From positions 104,292,791 to 104,334,456 of the forward strand of contig NC_068981.1 in the NCBI RefSeq assembly GCF_001194135.2: a stretch of DNA of 41,666 bases. The letters are read 5' to 3'. The notes below the pieces were generated by a model. That model searched no databases. It had not been told where the DNA came from and saw nothing but the letters and a program-made list of their open reading frames with translations. The translations under genes and the position numbers were made by a program. The stretch comes from Octopus bimaculoides (taxonomy: Eukaryota). Positions 35,992 through 41,666 of this stretch are shown piece by piece (the stretch's first letter is position 1; each line of letters starts with the position of its first letter).

Positions 35992-36191
35992 AGTTCTGTT
36001 TTGTTTGAGCAAACTTGAGACTAAATATCATGCAGCAACCATTTGCTCCCATGTACAGTTTCTTCTCTTTGCCTTTACTGTCATTGCTGTAACAGCTTCA
36101 TTACTCTGCTTTTCTGAACTACTTAACTGCATTCTTCTTTCTCTATTCAGCCAACTCAAACTTCCCTCTCTCATCACCAGTACCATTTTAA

Positions 36192-36395
36192 TCCTTTAGC
36201 ATTCAGATTTCTTTGTCAAATGTATTGCTTCTTTATTTACATTGTTTTGAATTATTATCTTGTAGTTACAATATTTCAATGGTATGTTTGTATATTTTTA
36301 GAATGACATTGTAGGTAAGTGTGAGAGGTTGGATCTGGTCAGTTTTAACTTAAAACAGGTAGAATATTTGGCCCATATATGGTCAGATTAAATTG
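36192..36395 (-). mobile_element. piggyBac-type MITE (family 1), decayed
   Basis: ttaa-tcctttagcattcaga...tagaatgacattgtagg...aacaggtagaatattt; reverse complement of 30626-30845. Confidence 0.8.
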
Positions 36396-36399
36396 TTGA

Positions 36400-36550
36400 G
36401 TGTTAAGGCATGGGCACACTGGGCTTCATACATTTAGGGGCCCAATTCTGATCCATGTATGTTGTAGCCTGCTGTCAATAAGTAAATACCATAGGGTCCA
36501 ATGCATTGGTTTGCTGAGTGGAGGCCTACAGTGCTGCTAAGACGGCTCTG
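36400..36550. mobile_element. Possible hAT MITE right half
   Basis: Ends gctaagacggctctg, like the reverse complement of a CAGGGCCGTCTTA hAT-type terminus. Confidence 0.4.
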
Positions 36551-37158
36551 CTCATCACCCTTTTGTGGGCCTTACTTCACAGACTTCACGGTATACGTAT
36601 TATCCAATCCTTTCACCTCCACCAGAATTTTAGATTCTTTTCTGTCCATGTTGTACCTATAGATATTCACCTACAGATGTTCAACCACATCTATAAATAC
36701 TGCCTGGAAAATCATGCCAGTTCATGGGCACTGTTCCACTTCTACTGTCTGCAAAAAAAATTAAGTTCTAAGATAGTATTAGGTCAAGAAAATCAAAAAG
36801 ACCTATTTCTAGATGGCTTCTGTTTGAATAGTCTTGATAACTTTAAGAAGTGAAACCAAAGGCTTTGATAAGTTATAAATTATATCTGAAGTGAAGGAAG
36901 AAATGGAATGTGGTACTATGGCATTCCTATATTTGCCTAAAGATATTTTCAGAACAACTGAAGACATTTTAACAGTGGAATTGAAACTAGTCTGCAGATT
37001 ATTTTTTTGAAACTGTTTCATATAACTGCTCTAATACCAGATAAAAGAATGACCTAAGGACAAAAAAAAAAATGTAAGGTTTGATGTCTAGGAAATGACA
37101 TTTTCAGTTTGCAGACATACATATTGCAATACATAGTATGTGTGCATGGATGTGCATG

Positions 37159-37193
<35 letters not shown>

Positions 37194-37599
37194 GAAAAAA
37201 CTGATCACATTGACTTTTTTGTAATTTGAAATTGGGATTTAAACTGAACCGAAATTCAATTTAAAAATAAATAAATTTGAATGGGAATTCAGAATTGTTT
37301 AACTAAAAAATTTTGTGTGTGTATATCCTTCAAAATTTTCTTTCTTAAAATTTTATTGTATGGGAAAATTGACAGGGCAGTTAACCTTGTCATATCTATT
37401 TTCATCCCTTGTTGATCTGTGTACAAATCCTGCTGAAGTTCACATAATAACTAGCAGTCTAGTACTAAGGTTAACATAATTGGTTTTATACATTCTTCCA
37501 AAATGTATGGCCTTATGCCAAAAACAAAAGTCATTATTTCTAGGTTTCAAAGAATATTAAGCGAAACCTAGTAACCATTTGATCTAACAAGAGGGGCAT

Positions 37600-37750
37600 C
37601 ATCTCAGTGAGAGGGACTGGTGTGCAATAATGCTGTCAAGAGGAAGGCCCTGAAATGGCACACATTCTCTCCTGATGACCTCATATGCTTGCTAACATCC
37701 AGTATGCAGAACTTTCAACTGGTAGCACTTGCATCTGCAAGTTGTTTAGA
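37600..37750 (+). mobile_element. Possible old RTE fragment
   Basis: Frameshifted PDD...YAELSTG, like MPDxRxPKxxLYGEL. Confidence 0.3.
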
Positions 37751-37910
37751 AAATATACATATATAACAAAACAAAAAATATTGATGAAGTTGCAAATTGT
37801 CAAAATTATTCAAGCATTGGACAAAATACCACCAAAGCCACTTTGCTTTTTATCCTTTTGAAATCATTAAAATGAGAACCAGTCAAGCACTGAAGTTAAT
37901 ATGATTTCTG

Positions 37911-38101
37911 ATTGTAAGACAGAGAGTTGGCAGAATCGTTACCATACTGAGCAAAATGCTTAGCAGTATTTTATCCATCTTTACGTTCTGAGTTCAAATA
38001 CCACAGGGTTGATGAAATAAGTACCAGTTGAACACTGGAGTCAAGGTAATCAATTTACCCCCTCCCCCAAACTTGCTGCTCTTGTGGCAAAATTTGAGAC
38101 C
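37911..38101 (+). mobile_element. SINE family B with TSD
   Basis: gagttggcagaatcgttacc...ttacgttctgagttcaaat...ataagtaccagttg; perfect 13-bp TSD aatatgatttctg at 37898-37910 and 38102-38114. Confidence 0.88.
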
Positions 38102-38142
38102 AATATGATTTCTGGTCTTGTGTTTTATATCAACAATGATTA

Positions 38143-38555
38143 CACTGGGCAACAAAAAAAATTTTTTGTTTGGTGCCTTGAATATTTCAACGAATTCCTA
38201 AGTGATTTTACATGCTAAATTCAAAAATAACTTCAGTTTTTCTCTATCACGTCTAGTTTTCTGACTAAACCTGATAGAGTAAGTATTTTATTCATACAAA
38301 AGGCATATAGTATGAATCAATAAAGAGAACGTAACACAAGACAAAACGAAGTACAAATAAAAATTCAAAATTGAAAGTGCACATTGGTTAAGATTTTTGG
38401 CAGAAAATTCAAGGAATAAATTTACGCTTCTTTGTGCACCATGAATGTTGGGCAACAGGAGTATCTCATTTTAAACACCAGCAATAGTCTGCCATCATCA
38501 CAGTGTCCTAACGTCCTTGGTACCGAGTTTCCATCTCCTTGATGTCCTGATGGGC
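38143..38555 (-). mobile_element. Chapaev3-like (CMC) DNA transposon, right end with transposase C-terminus
   Basis: Minus translation HQDIKEMETRYQGR*DTVMMADYCWCLK*D...KKRKFIP* (38409-38552); terminus TTA|CACTGGGCAACAAAAA; subterminal gtttttctctatcacgtc. Confidence 0.75.
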
Positions 38556-38621
38556 ATTCATATACTTTTTTCCATCTTTGTTGTCTAAATTCATACCACA
38601 TATCTCTCCATTTTATTTCCC

Positions 38622-39014
38622 TTATCTTTTACTTGTTTCAATCATTAAACTGTGGCCATACTGGGGCACTGTCTTGAAGAGTTTTTAATCAAATGAATTG
38701 ACACCAGAACTTTTTTTCTTTTTCTTTAAGCTTGGTCCTTATTCAATCGGTCTCTTTGCCAAGCCACCACATTACAGAGCCATAAACACACCAACACCAG
38801 TTGTCAAGCAACGGTATAGAACAAACACTAACACAAAGACACACACACACATATATATGTATGACAGTTTCCATCTACCAAATCCACTCGCAAGGCTTTG
38901 GTCAACCTAAGGCTATAGTAGAAGACACTTGCCCCAGGTGCCACACAGTGGGAATGAACCTAGAACTATGTGGTTAGGAAACAAGCTTCTTACCACACAG
39001 CCACACCTGCACCT
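38622..39014 (-). mobile_element. SINE family A, near full-length
   Basis: Tail cttttacttgtttca through head accacacagccacacctgcacct. Confidence 0.9.
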
Positions 39015-39540
39015 ATGCTCGTTTTTTGTTTTTCAAACTCAGAGGAACTCACTTTAATTTTGTTTGCTTTCCTGTTTGTCCTTCCATAGTTATGGCATGA
39101 AACAGTAGCCTGACAGTAATCAAGAAATGATAAGATGTTGGCACTGTGTTGTGTACTTAACTTCAGTGGCCTCTACACAGAGGCACCAAAGCTGTGTGTC
39201 TTGAAAAACACCCTTGCTAGGTTATCTACGTTGTGTTGTTGTTGTTGTTATCAGCATTACTATGGTTGGGTGGGATAAGGAAGAAGGGGAATGATACCCC
39301 CCCCACTTCCCCATACCAACACCACCAACACCAATTTCATACCCTTCACCATGGCAGAGAAGAGAGTGAAAGGGGAAAAAAAACACACTTATATACACAT
39401 GCTCAGAGACAGTTCTACATCTTGTCTCTTTCTCACCAATTTTCTCATTTAATAGGAATTGGGTAAACTCAAAAAGTTGTGGAAAGCCTAGAATATAGTA
39501 GTAATTTAAAACACGCACTTAAACACATAAACACATGCAG

Positions 39541-39583
<43 letters not shown>

Positions 39584-39776
39584 TGTCTGTCTGTGTGAGT
39601 GAATGCACGTGTGTCAATGTGTGTGTAAGGATATCTCTGGTGTAGGTGTGTGTGTATGTGAAGCACAAAATGGATAATCTCAATTGTGTAATAATATGTA
39701 TGCATGTATGTATGTGTAAGGATGTCAGTGGTGTAGATGTGTTTATGTATGTGTGTATATATATGTGTATGTATGT

Positions 39777-39826
<50 letters not shown>

Positions 39827-39927
39827 AATGTGTGGGCACATAGTTACAAATTACATACATTGGCTCACATACACTCACACATAACAGGAATTAGTAAAAA
39901 TCAATGTCATAATTGTAGGTTTTAAAG

Positions 39928-39970
39928 NNNNNNNNNNNNNNNNNNNNNNNNNNNNNNNNNNNNNNNNNNN
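39928..39970. other. Assembly gap
   Basis: N run. Confidence 1.
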
Positions 39971-40358
39971 ACACACACACACACATACATAAATGCAAAT
40001 ATGCTAGTACTGCTATTATGTGGGAGTCAGCAAAGAAAGCTCGAAATAGCTGCTCACACTGCTAGAAATAAAGGTTGAATATTTCCTTCCACTCTCATTC
40101 CCTGCTGTTTAAAAAGGAGGAATGCATTCACTGGACAATGGTGATCCCCCCCCCCTCCACTCCATAGATGTAAAAACTGGGTGGTCTCTGCTGGATCTTT
40201 TTTGATTATAGGTGTACTTCATAAAAATTGATTAAGGCTTACCAACTACTACTACTATTACTGCTGCTCATTATACTTGCCATCTGCAACTTTGCTAACA
40301 TCCTTCTATCTTTGTCTCTGTGTTGTACAATTTTGCTGTTAAATTATGTACACATACA

Positions 40359-40755
40359 GGTGTAAGCATGGCTGTGTAATAAGAAGCTTGCTTACCAACC
40401 ACATGGTGCTGGGTTCAACCTCACTGCATGGCACCTTGGGCAAGTATCGTCTACTATAGCCTCGGGCCAATGGAAACCTTGTGAGTGGATTTGGTAGATG
40501 GGAACTGAAAGAAGTCTGTAGTGTGTGTGTCTTTGTGTTTGTCCTCATAGCTTGTCCCCATCACTTGACAACTGATGTTCATGTATTTGCATCTTCATAA
40601 CTTAGCAGTCTGGCAAAAGAGAACGTTAGAATAAGTACCAGGTTTAAAAAAAGAAAATAAGATAACTACTGGCATCGATTCATTTGACTAAGATTCTTCA
40701 AGGCTGTGCTCCAGCATGGCCACAATCTAATGACTGAAACAAGTAAAAGATAAAA
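40359..40755 (+). mobile_element. SINE family A, full-length
   Basis: ggtgtaagcatggctgtg...gggttcaacctc...gaaacaagtaaaagataaaaga. Confidence 0.9.
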
Positions 40756-40796
40756 GATACATAAACCTTTATACCACCTTTAACTATGCCCTAAGC

Positions 40797-40843
<47 letters not shown>

Positions 40844-41627
40844 CACACTGCTATTTAAATTGGCTTATATAGATCTTTGCAGTCTCTCTCCCCTTCTCAG
40901 ATTCACTCTCTCTTTCATTTCTCTCCTGCTTAGTTTCTCTTTGCCTCTCCTTACACAGATGCTCTTTCATTTTTTTTATTTAACTTCTGGAACCTACACA
41001 CACACACATACACATACAACATACACAACACACAAGCACATACACAAATGCATGCAAATATTCAATCACAGTGCTTACTTTGCTGAAAGCCACAAAAACT
41101 GCAAGGAAAGCCAGCAGTTCCAAATTATGTCACTTTCGCTGATCTCAACTCCAACACATCTATCGACAGAGAGCACAGCTTACAAGCCAACAACAGTCTC
41201 TTTGCATTCGTTTGAACCACCAAAAATAGCTGCCAAAACATTGCCCAGATCATCCCCTACAATATTAAAAGGAAAAGGCATTTGGCTAATGTGATATCCC
41301 ACCCCACAAAGAAAAAACAGGACACCATGATTTAAACCCCTTTGATCATATGTTGGATGACTTGAGATTACACAACACTTGCAGCTCAGGCTAGGAGATC
41401 CCTAAATTATGGAACAAAGTTTGCCATTGAGGAACTGCAAATTTTGTTCGAAGGAAAATTCCTTGTTATTATGTCCTTTTGTTGAATTGGCCAATTTTCA
41501 TTGCAAGAATGATACATGTCTGAAGAATGCCTGCTGTTATTTGCAAAGTGGCCCTTGATTTTGAAACCTAACCAATTCTAAAAGTGCACATACATGTGTG
41601 TGTACATATATTCAAACACAAACGTAC

Positions 41628-41666
<39 letters not shown>

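Noticed and set aside
36518-37021. 111-aa plus and 70-aa minus ORFs
   Set aside because: No motif recognised; the start lies in a probable MITE end. Possibly decayed TE, left unassigned.

Overview
AT-rich, microsatellite-saturated eukaryotic non-coding DNA with six N gaps. The repeat families (tRNA-derived SINEs with a central TA/TG tract, RTE LINE debris, TTAA-flanked MITEs) look like Octopus; this is inferred from recognition, with no database search run. I found no intact protein-coding gene, RNA gene or CRISPR array. The long ORFs in the track are microsatellite or transposon artefacts, so the window is probably intronic or intergenic. It contains about 20 SINE copies or halves from three families (my labels A, B, C), decayed RTE-clade LINE pieces (one ~1.25 kb RT fragment), a dead Hsmar1-like mariner, the right end of a Chapaev3-like transposon, piggyBac/hAT/Tigger-type MITEs and Helitron-like ends. 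I see no convincing new biological system. The most interesting structures are an RTE LINE with a twin-priming-type 5' inversion (31587-31975), a SINE split by a Helitron-end/mariner chimera (24884-26313), a head-to-tail doublet of RTE 3' ends (13035-13650) and several fold-back structures. Boundaries were read by eye and may be off by 10-20 bp unless a TSD or TIR is quoted. Family consensus motifs are quoted from memory.
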